DNA of 64,000 nucleotides from Octopus sinensis (Eukaryota), in contig NC_042999.1 in NCBI RefSeq assembly GCF_006345805.1, forward strand, positions 161,262,001 to 161,326,000, read 5' to 3'. How positions within the stretch are numbered: position 1 is the stretch's first letter; every line of letters begins with the position of its first letter. A program made the position numbers and the translations under genes. Of the stretch, positions 15,416 through 27,658 are shown piece by piece. The notes below the pieces were generated by a model. That model saw nothing but the letters and a program-made list of their open reading frames with translations, was not told where the DNA came from and searched no databases.

Positions 15416-15602
15416 AGGCGTAGTTGTGGCTGTGTGGTATGTAGCTTGTTTACCAACCACATGGTTCCGAATTCAGTCCCACTATGTAGCACCTTGGGCA
15501 AGTGTCTTCTACTATAGCCTCGGGCCGACCAAAGCCTTGTGAGTAGATTTGGTAGACGGAAACTGAAAGAAGCCCGTCGTATATGTATATATATATATAT
15601 AT
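15416..15602 (+). mobile_element. SINE-A 5' half
   Basis: Head and CORE-like part end at the internal (TA)n; no 3' module follows. Confidence 0.8.
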
Positions 15603-15604
15603 AT

Positions 15605-15895
15605 AGTGGTTGCATACTGTCAACTCAACGTGACAGTCCCGTAAGGGAATTACATACCGCCATTTAGCCCTAGGAAACATCGATGTTTCCTGTCGGCTTT
15701 GACACATTTTCTGTGTCCTGATATTTGCAAAAGGAGGCAATCAACCCCGCCAGTTGGGACTAACACTTGAAGACATATGTTTCTGAGTGTATTGCTCGTC
15801 ATCAGGCCAGGGTAGTAAGTCTCGCACGCTGAGATGACCGCAACCCCTCTGTAAATATATCCTATTTTCAGTAAAATACACTAGCGCCAAAGCCC
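15605..15895 (-). mobile_element. Probable PLE terminal fragment with decayed HHR core
   Basis: Minus strand CTGATGA-CGAG-caataca-CTCA-GAAA-CATATG-TC at 15772-15805; stem I poor; abuts (TA)n. Confidence 0.35.
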
Positions 15896-17500
15896 TTCCA
15901 GGGATGGCGCAAGTTTGCGCCTCGCCAACAAGTTCACCCACGACCTGCGCCAACCTTTTTGCTAAGACCTTGGCCAAAATCTTCAACTCTGCGTTAAGCA
16001 GAGTGATGGGCCGAAAATTATCAATTAAATCCCCCTTGTTTGAGTTCTTTCTTAACAGCGGTACCACCCTTCGGCTCACAGACTTAGGAATTCTCCCGTT
16101 CTGCTGCCAGATGGTGTACACGCATGCAAGTAGGTGCCCAAACAAGTCTGGCATGCTACTATAGAGTTCGTAAGGCAGACCATCGGAAGGGTCGGTGAAA
16201 ATGCTTGGAATCTGGTTAGGTCCAGGTCTCCAGATAGAGAAGAATTGGAGCGAGGTGGCGAGAAACATGGCTCTCCTAACTCAGACCTGGTCTGAGCGGA
16301 AGCTGTCCTTGAAAGGGAGGGTGGAGGTTGCAGAGGTGTTCATCGCCTCTGTAATCACTTACCGCTTGACCGTTGTGCCTTTCCCCGATTCGTGGCTGAA
16401 CAAGCTGGAACGCATGCTCTTTCGCTTTTTGTGGAGGGGCAGCAGACCTCTTGTAAGACGCTCTATCTGCTGCCAAAATCCGCTGAAGGATAGGTTAGGG
16501 ATGCCGTGGCTAAAAATGCGCTCAGGCTTAGGCACCTCTGGCTTTACCTGGACGGTGAGCAGGTGTGGTCTCCGTTCGTCAAGCTGTTATTTCCACAGTT
16601 CACATCGTTTACCAAACTGAACCCATGCATCAAGTGTAGACCGAGGTTATGCGTGTGGCATGTAGAGTGTCATCAGGCACTTGTGCTTCTCTCCCAGTCG
16701 GGCAACGCCGGTGGCGGGGGTACTACCTCGTTCTTCTATAGAGGGTTAGTAGAGTTTAAGTGTGACGACCTCCTGGGAGAAACCTTAGGCTTCGACGAAT
16801 TTCAACTGGCCAGCCTGTTCCAAAGAATATTCGGTCCGGAGCCTATGGATAATCACCAAAAGTCCCTGGCCTGGAAATGTTACAGAGGAGCTTTACCAGT
16901 TCGAGATAAGCTCTTTAGACATGGGTGTGCACCTTCGCCAGTTTGTGCAAGATGCGAGGGGGACAATGAAACTGTCCTGCACGCGATTGTGCAATGCTCC
17001 AAGGTGACTGAACTCTGGGCTTATGTGGAACACATGCTGTCGCATCCGAGAAGAGTATAACTGTCGAGCGAATCTGTAATTAAGATCGTTCCGCCGACCT
17101 CCCTGAATAGGAAGGAGCGAGCATGTTTTCTCTCGGTAGTTGCTGTGGCGAAAGAGGAAGTATGGAAGACGAGAGTGAAAGGAATTGCAACAGGCATGTT
17201 CATCTCCAGTCTCGAGCTAATCGACTTTTTCGTTTTCCACATGAAACGGAAAATAAGGCTGGAGAAGAAATGCCTGTCGCAAAGTGTGTTTCGTAAAAGA
17301 TGGAAGTCTATAGCAAGTATGTTGCGAGTGAAAGAACCTGTTTAAACGAGAATATAAAAAAGGAGAAAGCAGAGTCTTCAGTGTGAGTATGTGGCTTGTG
17401 GGGTCAACTGTGTCCTCCGCTTCATTTTTTGTAAATCACTCATTCTCATTTAATTGTTTGTTTATTCATACGTTTCGTCTCATTCGATACCATGACCCCG
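15896..17500 (+). mobile_element. Tx1/L1-clade LINE, 5'-truncated with 5' inversion
   Basis: Minus strand 15896-16184 DGLPYELY...NFRPITLLNAELKILAKVLA...QTCAIPGR; plus strand from ~16185 VKMLGIW...GMPWL...CARCEGDNETVLHAIVQC (CCHC knuckle); frameshifts. Confidence 0.85.
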
Positions 17501-18431
17501 ACGTTTGTTTTGTCTGTCCCCGTATTGTCCCCTCTTTTTCTCAATCTTATGGTGAATAAAGAAATACTCTTGGGTTTGGAGAAAGAAATATATGAAAACA
17601 AGAGCAAGAGAAACTTTGAAAGAGTTTGATTGCGAGAATGAGAGAAAGAGGTGGATGTAAGAGACATAGCAAGTAGGGGAGGGAGGGTGAAAGATAGAAT
17701 TAGACTGGGCGAAGGAATGGAAGAATCATAGATATTAGGCAAATACAAAGTGTCGGGAATTGAGAGTGAGTTGGCTTGAAGCATAGACCACGAGAGGAAC
17801 AATGTCTGAGAGAGAGGGAGGCGAGGGAGAGTGCATATTGTGTGTTGTGTGCATGTGTGTGTGTGTGTGGGGGGTTGAAATCATTAGATGAAGGAGCATG
17901 AAGTAAAGTGTGTGTATAAGAGAATATAGGAGAGTAAGTAAGAAACAGAGAGGGGGTAGAAAAGAGGAGGGTGAGTGGAATGCGTGTAGATAAACGCAAA
18001 ACAGAAAAGAAAGAAAATGAATGCGAGAATGAGAAAGATTAAAGAGAATTAAGTTAATAATGAAGAGAAATCGAGATATTGGAAGATTAAACAGAGAGAG
18101 AACATAGATGGAAGATAAAGTAGGAAACTATTTTACGAAGAGCAGATTGAGAAAGAGGGACGAAGTTGATGTTTAAGGGACCGATACAGTGATAGGGGTA
18201 CAGAGCGATAAATGGATGAACGAAACATGGAGTGAGAGTAAATTGATGAGCAAGAAAGGGGCTCATAAATAAAGCGACGAAGGAAAAAAATGAAGAATTG
18301 TTTGGACAAGTAAACCAAAACGTTTGTCATGATGGGTTGGGTGAGTTTGCAAATGAGAGGAGAATTACTGTATATTGTTTTCGCAGACGACATCTACGGT
18401 CTGCAGTCATAGATCCTTTTCGCAGATACTT

Positions 18432-19000
18432 CTTTCCGCATATATCTTTAATGGTAAATATTTTTGATTTTCATTCTTTCCATGAATTTATCCCTCTTTG
18501 TGTCTCTAGCACTAAGCTTCCTTATTTGAGAGCCTTTTATTATATTTCTATATGAATGATATTTTGTCTAATGACTAATTCATCTTTTGTGCTAGGCCAC
18601 TGGTAATAATAACTGATGTTATTACCCTTTTTGATTATGTTTACATATTACTTGATAAATTTGTTCGTAAAATTTTTTACCGACATGCTCTCAGTCGCCG
18701 GGTATGTTTTGCGTCTGCGCGAAGGTTTGAAAAGTTAAGATATACAAACCGTTAGATCTACATGTGCTCTAACGCTCTGTGCATCTAGGATTAAGAAGGC
18801 TTCCCTCTGATGAACCTTGCCTTGGCAAACATATTCTGTCTGTTTTGCTAGAAAGAGGTAGAAACTGATCAGTCTGGGATATATCTTTAATGGTAAATGT
18901 TTTTGATTTTCATTCTTTCCATGAATTTATCCCACTTTGTGTCTCTAGCACTAAGCTTCCATATTTGGGAGCCTTTTTATTATATTTCTTTCCGCATATA
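18432..19000. repeat. ~108-bp direct repeat bracketing ~330 bp of unique sequence
   Basis: 18442-18549 closely matches 18881-18989. Confidence 0.85.
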
Positions 19001-19088
19001 TGTATCAACATATAGACAAACTCTGTGCGTGTGTGTGCGTGTGTGTGCGTGTCTGCGTGTCTGCGTGTGTGCGTGTGTGTCTGTGTGA

Positions 19089-19488
19089 ATTGTTGTACTT
19101 GAGGATGATCATGTTTTGCCAATTAAAACACGCACTATATGTTTGGTCATTACTTCAGATTTATTAGTATTAATTTTTGCTCCTTGTCAAAGATCTTTCG
19201 TCGCACATCCTGTGACCTCTTCAATGACTCTTTCTCCCATGTGTCTCCTGCTGTTCTGCTTTGTCCATTTTGTGACACGTAGGATAAAGAATCGCTGAAG
19301 AGGTCACACGATGTGTGACGAAAAAACTTCCACAAAGAAACAAAAATAATAATAATAAAGCTGAAGTACAGATCGAGCATATAGTGTGTGTATTTAACTG
19401 ACAAATATATGACCATCCCCAAGTATAACAATATCTGTTTCAACACACAATTTCACGTCCAGAATCTCGGAAACCAAATATATAAACG
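19089..19488. mobile_element. Imperfect fold-back element (~140-bp arms) with one-sided extension
   Basis: 19089-19231 is an approximate reverse complement of 19288-19432. Confidence 0.7.
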
Positions 19489-19589
19489 TGTATATATTTA
19501 TATACACACATACAAATATATATATATATATTATATATATAATATATATAATATATATATATATATATATACGTATGTGTGTGTGTATT

Positions 19590-19945
19590 TAGAGGGCTAA
19601 AAAACCACTAAGTGGTCAGCCGTATGCTACAAGTAGATCACCAACGATCAAAATACAAAGAAAAGAATGTTCTCTAGAGAAAAATTCAGCAGACACCAGA
19701 ACAATATGCGGGCAAGACAGGTGAAAATTTTATAAAAAACAAGAATTACTCGCAGACCGACGGTTTCGCCTATTAACTAATGAATCACTTACGTAATCCC
19801 TCGTCCGTAGGCTCGTCAGTGCGACCGTTCCACAGGTAATATAATTTGTAAAACTAACCGCCAGTTTTCCGTATAAAAACAGACACGTGCTTAGTTTCAC
19901 CGATTACATTGGGGTTAATTTCAAATGTCTGAGTTCTGGCGCGCT
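19590..19945 (-). mobile_element. Probable PLE pseudo-LTR fragment
   Basis: Non-coding, microsatellite-flanked, carries a canonical type I HHR. Confidence 0.45.
19750..19824 (-). ncRNA. Type I hammerhead ribozyme (canonical core)
   Basis: UCGCA-CUGACGA-GCCUA-(35 nt)-UAGGC-GAAA-CCGUCGG-UC-UGCGA: 5-bp stem I, 5-bp stem II, near-palindromic stem III, GUC site. Confidence 0.8.
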
Positions 19946-19962
19946 AAAATTTTATACATATA

Positions 19963-20027
<65 letters not shown>

Positions 20028-20424
20028 ATGCGCAGGAGTGGCTGTGTGGTAAGTAGCTTGCTAACCAACCACATGGTTCAGGGTTCAGTCCCACTGCGTG
20101 GCATCTTGGGCAAGTGTCTTCTACTATAGCCTCGGGCCGACCAATGCCTTGTGAGTGGATTTGGTAGACAGAAACTGAAAGAAGCCTGTCGTATATATGT
20201 ATATATGTATATATATGTGCGTGTGTGTTTGTGTGTCTGTGTTTGTCCCCCTAGCATTGCTTGACAACCGATGCTGGTGTGTTTATGTCCCCGTTACCTA
20301 GCGGATCGGCAAAAGAGACCGATAGAATAAGTCCTGGGGTCGATTTGCTCGACTAAAGGCGGTGCTCCAGCATGGCCGCAGTCAAAATGACTGAAATAAG
20401 TAAAAGAGTAAAAGAGTAAGAGAG
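20028..20424 (+). mobile_element. SINE-A, full length
   Basis: Complete head to (TAAAAGAG)n tail. Confidence 0.9.
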
Positions 20425-20438
20425 TATATATATACATA

Positions 20439-20658
20439 CTGTAGTGTCTGGGGTGAGTCATTTTCTTTTAGTGCTTTATAATTTAATACACTCACCGGTA
20501 AAATTTCCACTTATTTCTTATTTTATTTTCCTAATTAGTCAGTCTTGTCTATTGAAAAGGTTGCAAGATGCAACGAAAATGACTCTCCCCAGACACAACA
20601 GAATATGCTTCAACACTCGAACTCACATAAAGAATCTTGCAAACCAAATCCAAAAACG

Positions 20659-20659
<1 letters not shown>
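20439..20659. mobile_element. Short inverted-repeat element with one-sided extension
   Basis: 27-bp IR 20439-20465 vs 20575-20601; extension 20602-20659 resembles 19433-19488. Confidence 0.7.
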
Positions 20660-20745
<86 letters not shown>

Positions 20746-20911
20746 TGAATGAGAGAGAGAGAAACAGACAGACAGACACACTGATTGATAGATTAACATA
20801 TATAGATATACATGCTTACATACATACATACATACATACATACACACACACTTACATACATACATACATGCATACATACATACATACATACATACATACA
20901 TACACACACAC

Positions 20912-20942
<31 letters not shown>

Positions 20943-21052
20943 CACACATACATACACACATATATACCTACATATATACATACATACATATATGTACGCT
21001 CTGACCCACGCGCTCGCATGCACGCACACACGTGCACAAACACACACGCGTA

Positions 21053-21102
<50 letters not shown>

Positions 21103-21363
21103 GATGTGTGTGTGTTTGCGTGTGTGTGTGTGTTTGTTTGTGTGTATGTGTTTGTTTGTGTGTATGAGTGTGAGTGTGTGTATTTGTCTCCCACCGCCGA
21201 TTGAATACTGGTGTTGGTATATCTACGTCCCCGGAACCTAGTGGTTCGGTAAAAAAGACCGATAGAATAAGTACGCGGTTTTAAAAAAATAAATACTGGG
21301 GTCGATAAGTTCGACTAAAAATCTTCAAGGCGATGCCCCAGCATGGCCGCAATCAAAATAAAA
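21103..21363 (+). mobile_element. SINE-A 3' half
   Basis: 3' module only, preceded by (TG)n. Confidence 0.7.
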
Positions 21364-21388
21364 GGAAGATACACACATACTCTCGCTT

Positions 21389-21440
<52 letters not shown>

Positions 21441-21611
21441 CCTCTCTCAGTCTTTCATTTTCCTATATTTCACTCACAGTTTATCACTCTCTCTTCCTCT
21501 TCCTCTTTCCTTCCACCCGTCCTCACAATTACTCCTTTTCTCTCTCTCTTTCTCCCTCTCTCAGTCTTTCATTTTCCTCTTCCTCTTTCCTTCCACCCGT
21601 CCTCACAATTA

Positions 21612-21650
<39 letters not shown>

Positions 21651-22284
21651 CGAGCCTCTTTTATTTCCATATCATTCCCATCCTCTCTTGCACACCTCTA
21701 CGCTTCAATTGTTTTCCGTTAATCCCTTATCCTCGTTTTCTTCATCACTCAATCGTCCTACCCCACCTCACTCTTTCCCTTCCCTCTAAAACTCTTTCTA
21801 CCTCTCTTCCTCGGTTGCTGTCCTTCACAGCACATTCTATTTTCTTCTTGTTTATTTTCATTCACTCCTTCACATTATCTTTTTATCCCTCTTTTTTTTC
21901 TTCCACTTGACCCCCACCCCACCCTGCCACCATTCACTTTCCCCTTTAAAACCAACCACCTCCCAACTTTTCTCTCTATCCTTCAATCACATTAACCAGG
22001 TCACTACTTAATTCCATCTCACTACTTCGCCGCCGTCCCCAGGAGACCAGCGGCGTGGAATCGCAGGTCAGATGGAGGATTACGGAGATGAGGCTAGCAA
22101 GGGCCGTTGGAAACCAAAAATCTGGGCCCCAAAGGCTGGCGCTAATTATATTTAGGCAAGACCAGATAACATCCTTTAGCGTAAGATACTTAGGGCCCGC
22201 GAAATCAATCAGCAGAAATCGTCCATCTCCAGCCTCCAACTCAAACAACTGAAGCGCACATTTAGACATTCAGGCATACATATG

Positions 22285-22341
<57 letters not shown>

Positions 22342-22573
22342 ACACACACACACACACATGTACACGAGCTCACAAATATTTATATATGTATATGTAAACA
22401 TATGTATGTGCGCGAATAGTGTATATATGTGCGTGTGGATTGATGGATGGTTATAATGTGTGTATGTATGTGTATACTATGTTATATAAATATGTATATA
22501 TATATATATCTATATATATATATATATATATAAATATGTATAAATATATATATATATCTTATATATATGTATG

Positions 22574-22624
<51 letters not shown>

Positions 22625-22735
22625 CACGTATATATGTGTATGTGTATATATATATATTTATATGTGTGTGTATGTATATACATATATAAATATATGCATA
22701 TGTATATATATACATACATACATATATATATATAC

Positions 22736-22786
<51 letters not shown>

Positions 22787-23439
22787 TGTGTATGTATATA
22801 CATATACTCACACATACAGACACACGTGTATTCACGCAGCCACACACCGCCATTAACGTCCCGCCAATAATTCCGATTATAAAGATTCACTTTCGTTTCC
22901 AGATTGCCTTATCCGCTATGCTGATTCTATTTACTTTAGTTTATTTGTTTGTTCATCTATTTATGATTATTGTTTACTGTTTCTATTGCTCCTTTTTTCG
23001 TGATTCTGTGTAAAACAGAGAAAAGAAAACAAGGAAACGATGTGAAACAAACAGCTCCGCATTTTCTGATAGTATCTCATCACGGAAACGAGACTCGGGA
23101 GAAACTACACTCTCTTAACCAGTGCTGCCCTTCAGCCATATTCGGCCTTATCGCTGAATTTGCTTGCTGCTCTGTCTCTGTGTCCGACGGGTTACGAGCC
23201 AGTCATCGCCGTGGATCGTTGAACACACCACGTGGTGAACATCAATCAGATGATCGAAGTAAGGAAACGACTTTTGCTTTCCATCACAAACACCAACGCC
23301 AACGCCACCGCTACACTCCATTCCACCCCCCCCCCATTCCATCTTGTGTTCTTTCTCTAAACCGTCTCGAAGCCACATGTTAAGGTCTCAACAGACTGCA
23401 AAAATTACCAAGAGAAGAAGAAAATCATGTACAAGACTA

Positions 23440-23525
23440 CTACAAAAGCAATAACAACAACAACAGCAGCAGCAACAATTACGACAACGACAACGACGAT
23501 AATAATAATAATAATAATAATGATA

Positions 23526-23557
<32 letters not shown>

Positions 23558-23573
23558 GATAATGATGATGATG

Positions 23574-23637
<64 letters not shown>

Positions 23638-23711
23638 CAACAACAATATCAATAACAATAACAATAACAACAACAGCAACAGCATCAACAACAACAACAA
23701 CAATAATGATG

Positions 23712-23762
<51 letters not shown>

Positions 23763-23839
23763 TTAATAATAATAATGATAATAACAACAACAATAACAAT
23801 AACAACAACAGCAACAACAACAACAACAACAATAACAAC

Positions 23840-23884
<45 letters not shown>

Positions 23885-23885
23885 T
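23440..23885. repeat. Compound (AAC)/(AAT)/(GAT) microsatellite
   Basis: Read directly. Confidence 0.95.
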
Positions 23886-24149
23886 GCTACTAGAGGAATG
23901 AGACAAAGGCAAACAAAATGTTGACGTTTGCATATTAGCAAATGATACAATACACTAAATGTAAGTATAGGTGTTACATAATATTATAGAAAACGATGAC
24001 AATGATGACACAATGCTCCTGATAAAGGAGGGCTTCACGTGCTATTCGAGGAATTCCACCATTCAAGATTTCTCTGAACGCCAGAAGCAAGTGCTCCCTC
24101 TCCAGTTGTAGTTCCTCCAACTTATAAACTTTCATAACTAGAACGAACC

Positions 24150-24520
24150 CATACAGTCTTGCCACTTTCCTCATTCTCACTCGTCTTGTTCAGCAAATTT
24201 CACAAGAGAACAGCACCTTTCACTTTCAAGAGAAACTTGAGAAAGGCGATGAAGGCTTGCCCATAAAGAAAAGTCTGTCCTCTTTCAACCTGGTCTAACC
24301 CACAATCGCTTTCACGGTAATCACCAGAGAAAGGAAAACCGTTTCCCTGCCCGGTTAGAGGAAGGCGATAGGACAATCATTACGACGGACTCGGTTGATT
24401 GATGGCCCGTCCCACAAACGACAGTGCTCTTTCGAAATAAGTCCTTAAGTCATCAATGCTCAGACACCAAGCGAATGGTCTTTGCCAATGGGCACTTGGA
24501 ACATGGCCATACCATCTAAG
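24150..24520 (-). mobile_element. Decayed Tx1/L1-clade 3' fragment
   Basis: Minus-strand remnant FLSLVITVKAIV...TRLK parallels FLSVVAVAKEEVWKTRVK of the 17.1-kb Tx1 copy. Confidence 0.5.
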
Positions 24521-24870
24521 AGACTACAATATAAAACAAGGGTGATCTAACAGAGAGGTTTCTAACCTATAGTTTCTAGTTTATACTCAAATCCTGCGAA
24601 AATAAGATTTTGTACGTTTAAAATATTTAACGAAATGTAGGGTATCCGTGACAAACACAACAGTTACTGCAAACAGAAACAGATCAATATTTTTTCGAGA
24701 AAATATCAAATGTTAATTTTATTAAATTTTCAGCAAATTACATCATGGCAATCTAAAAGTAAAAAGCTTTATATTCGTTTTTCATTTCTTTCGTGAAATA
24801 TCAAAATTTCTACATTGGGATTATGATATGGATCAGACTGCAATGGTGAAACGAAAGGGTTGACGCAAAA

Positions 24871-25584
24871 TCTTTATATATAAAAGTCAAGTTATGTGTC
24901 TGTCTCCTACGATTTAGATTCCTAACTACTCCCACATTTTGCGGTGCAGTTTAACCAAAACCGGGTATCTTATAGTCGTGATTCATATCGAGCCCTTCTG
25001 GGTATTAGCGCGCGTCTACGATGAGTCTACGATTTTAAAAATAATTTACCATCATTTTTTTCTATTTTAATGCATTTTTTCGCTATTATATAAGGGAAGT
25101 AACTCTCTAAAAATGTCTACGATGAGTCAACGATTTAAAAAAAAAATTACCATTATTTTTTTCCATTTTTAATGCATTTTTTGCTATTTTTTGGCTATAA
25201 CTCTCTAAAAATACTTATATACTCTTTTTACTCTTTTACTTGTTTCAGTCATTTGACTGCGGCCATGCTGGAGCACCACCTTTTAGTCGAGCAAATCGAC
25301 CCCGGGACTTATTCTTTGTAAGCCCAGTACTTATTCTATCGGTCTCTTTTGCCGAACCGCTAAGTGACGGGGATGTAAACACACCAGCATCGGTTGTCAA
25401 GCAATGCTAGGGGGACAAACACAGACACACAAACACACACATACATATATAAATATATATATACATATATACGACGGGCTTCTTTTCAGTTTCCGTCTAC
25501 CAAATCCACTCACAAGGCATTGGTCGGCCCGGGGCTATAGTTATTTCCCTTACAAACCCGAGCAACGCCGGGCGATACTGCTAG
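24871..25584 (+). mobile_element. Non-autonomous Helitron (SINE-interrupted)
   Basis: A|TC start (TCTTTATATATAAAA), subterminal hairpin CCCGAGCAACGCCGGG, CTAG|T end. Confidence 0.85.
25222..25540 (-). mobile_element. SINE-A, 5'-truncated, nested in Helitron
   Basis: Splits the Helitron sequence cttatata/gttatttcc that is intact in the other copies. Confidence 0.85.
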
Positions 25585-25887
25585 TAAATCATAAGTGAAT
25601 AGTTTTGTATGCTTTTATACGGCTGAAATGGCTCTTCCATGATATAACTACAGTCTAGAATCAAGCCCCTTGTCAAACAAGTACAAATCTGCAGATTAGA
25701 AATTTTGCAAAATGCGTAGCGATAGTAAAAGAGAGGATAACACTACTTCGTAACATTCTGCGACATGGCTATTAAGACGTTAAACTTTATTAGGTGTAAG
25801 GAATTTGAGCTGGCCTCGCTGTGTGGTTAGAAGTTTGCTTCTCAACACACATGGTTCCAGGTCCAGTCTCCCTATACATATAGTGTA

Positions 25888-26123
25888 AAGGTGCGTAGTC
25901 TAGTGGTTAGACTGTCACACTCACGATCGGTAGATCATGGACCCGATTCCCAGACTGGGCGGCGTGTTGTGCTCTTGAACAAAATACTTCATTTCACGTC
26001 GCTCCAGTCTCCCTTTGGGGAAGCGGGGAATGTTAACCTGCTCACCTAGCCGGGTAGTGGCGTTATTCGAATGCTAAAACGATGCAAAGCGCATTGTGAC
26101 CAGCAATGTGTAACAACATCAGA
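25888..26123 (+). mobile_element. SINE-D variant (tRNA head + CORE-like domain)
   Basis: TAGTGGTTAG...GATTCCC head, TGTGCTCTTGAACAA core, 3' CATTGTGACCAGC shared with 54874 and 59361. Confidence 0.65.
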
Positions 26124-26440
26124 CTCATCTGTTTTGGAAGGCCTGTGAAGGCCCTGGGCAGTGTTTCTCCCTTTAGATCTAGCAAGTAAAAATAAATAAG
26201 GTAAATAAAATAAAACATCTCAAGATTTGACTAATATCTATTTTGTTACTTCGTGAGGACGTTTATGCATCGTTCGACCTAAAATCACTCTTTATCGTCC
26301 TAAAACACACACATGCATGCACACACACACACACACGCACATACATACACACAAGCGCACATATACACACGCATTGGTCGATGAAATAATTGCTATACAA
26401 AAAGACGGAATGGTCATAACTGGAAAGTCTTTTTATTCAG

Positions 26441-26527
26441 GGTTGATCTGAAGCTAAACGACAACAACAAACCGATGAAAGATAAGGTCTACTTTGCGCA
26501 GAATTGGCACTTAGAACGTCAAGGGAC
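26441..26527 (+). CDS. Candidate orphan exon (VDLKLNDNNKPMKDKVYFAQNWHLERQG)
   Basis: Acceptor ctttttattcag, donor gtaaat, 87 nt (3n), only one frame open, non-repetitive; no recognised homology. Confidence 0.35.
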
Positions 26528-27396
26528 GTAAATAATTACTCCAAGGTTTCTATCCCACTTCCAACTCCCACCCGGTTGAATCCCAAATAATAATGACTTG
26601 TAAATTGGACAGAAGGTTACAAATTACGGCTAAAGGGAAAAGGAAAGGAGGATGTTGGGGGAGAGGAAGTAGAGGGGGAGGGAAGAAGAAGAAGAAGATG
26701 GAAGAAGAAGAAGAAGAAGAAGAAGGAGGAGGAGGAGGAGGAGGAGGAGGAGGAGAAGAAGAAGAAGAAGAAAAAGAAGGAGATGGAAGAAGAAGAAGAA
26801 GAAAGAAGAGGAGGAGAAGAAGAAGAAGAAGAAGAAGAAGAAGAAGAAACCGTTTATAATCTACAGTGACGGCAATAGATGCGTCGTGATAGCAAAGCAC
26901 TATAGATACGGAAGGGGAAGAACATGGAGAGAAAGACGAGGGAAGGGATTCTAACCTGAGGGAGAGAGTGTAGTTGTGGGGAGAGGAAGAGAACAGGAAA
27001 GAAAGATAGACAACGTGAGAGAGAGAGAGATGGGGAGAGAGGGAGAGAGAGGGAGAAGAGAGAGCGGTGAGAAAGACGCAGTATTCAAGAAGCTTCCATT
27101 GATATCCATTCGTATTTGTTCCGATTCCATGACATGTCTTGAAGTGATTAAACATGTGTGTTATTAGGATTGATGTGTTGTGGTGATTGACCACTAGCCA
27201 GTGGGACAGAAGCGGAGAGAGAGAGAGATGGGGAGAGAGAGGGAGAGAGAGAGAGGGAGAGTGAGAGAGGGAGAAAGTGGAGAGATGGAATGGGTGGAAA
27301 GGATGGAAAATAAAGGAAATGTTGAAACGGAGAAATAGAAACGGGGAAGGAAGAAAATTGTGTATTTGTTTGCATGTGTGCGTGTCGCAGGGTGTG

Positions 27397-27436
<40 letters not shown>

Positions 27437-27575
27437 TGCGTGTTTGTGTGCCTGTATGACAGAAAGACGGTGATTTTGTGACAGAGAGTGGGGAGAGAAG
27501 CGAAAGAGGAAAACTGAAAGACAGAAATGGCCAGCAAACACACAGGAAGACTGACAGACAGACAGACAGACAGAC

Positions 27576-27658
<83 letters not shown>

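Noticed and set aside
21976-22269. 97-aa ORF in a GC-richer island
   Set aside because: No recognisable motif or convincing splice pair in any frame; left unannotated.
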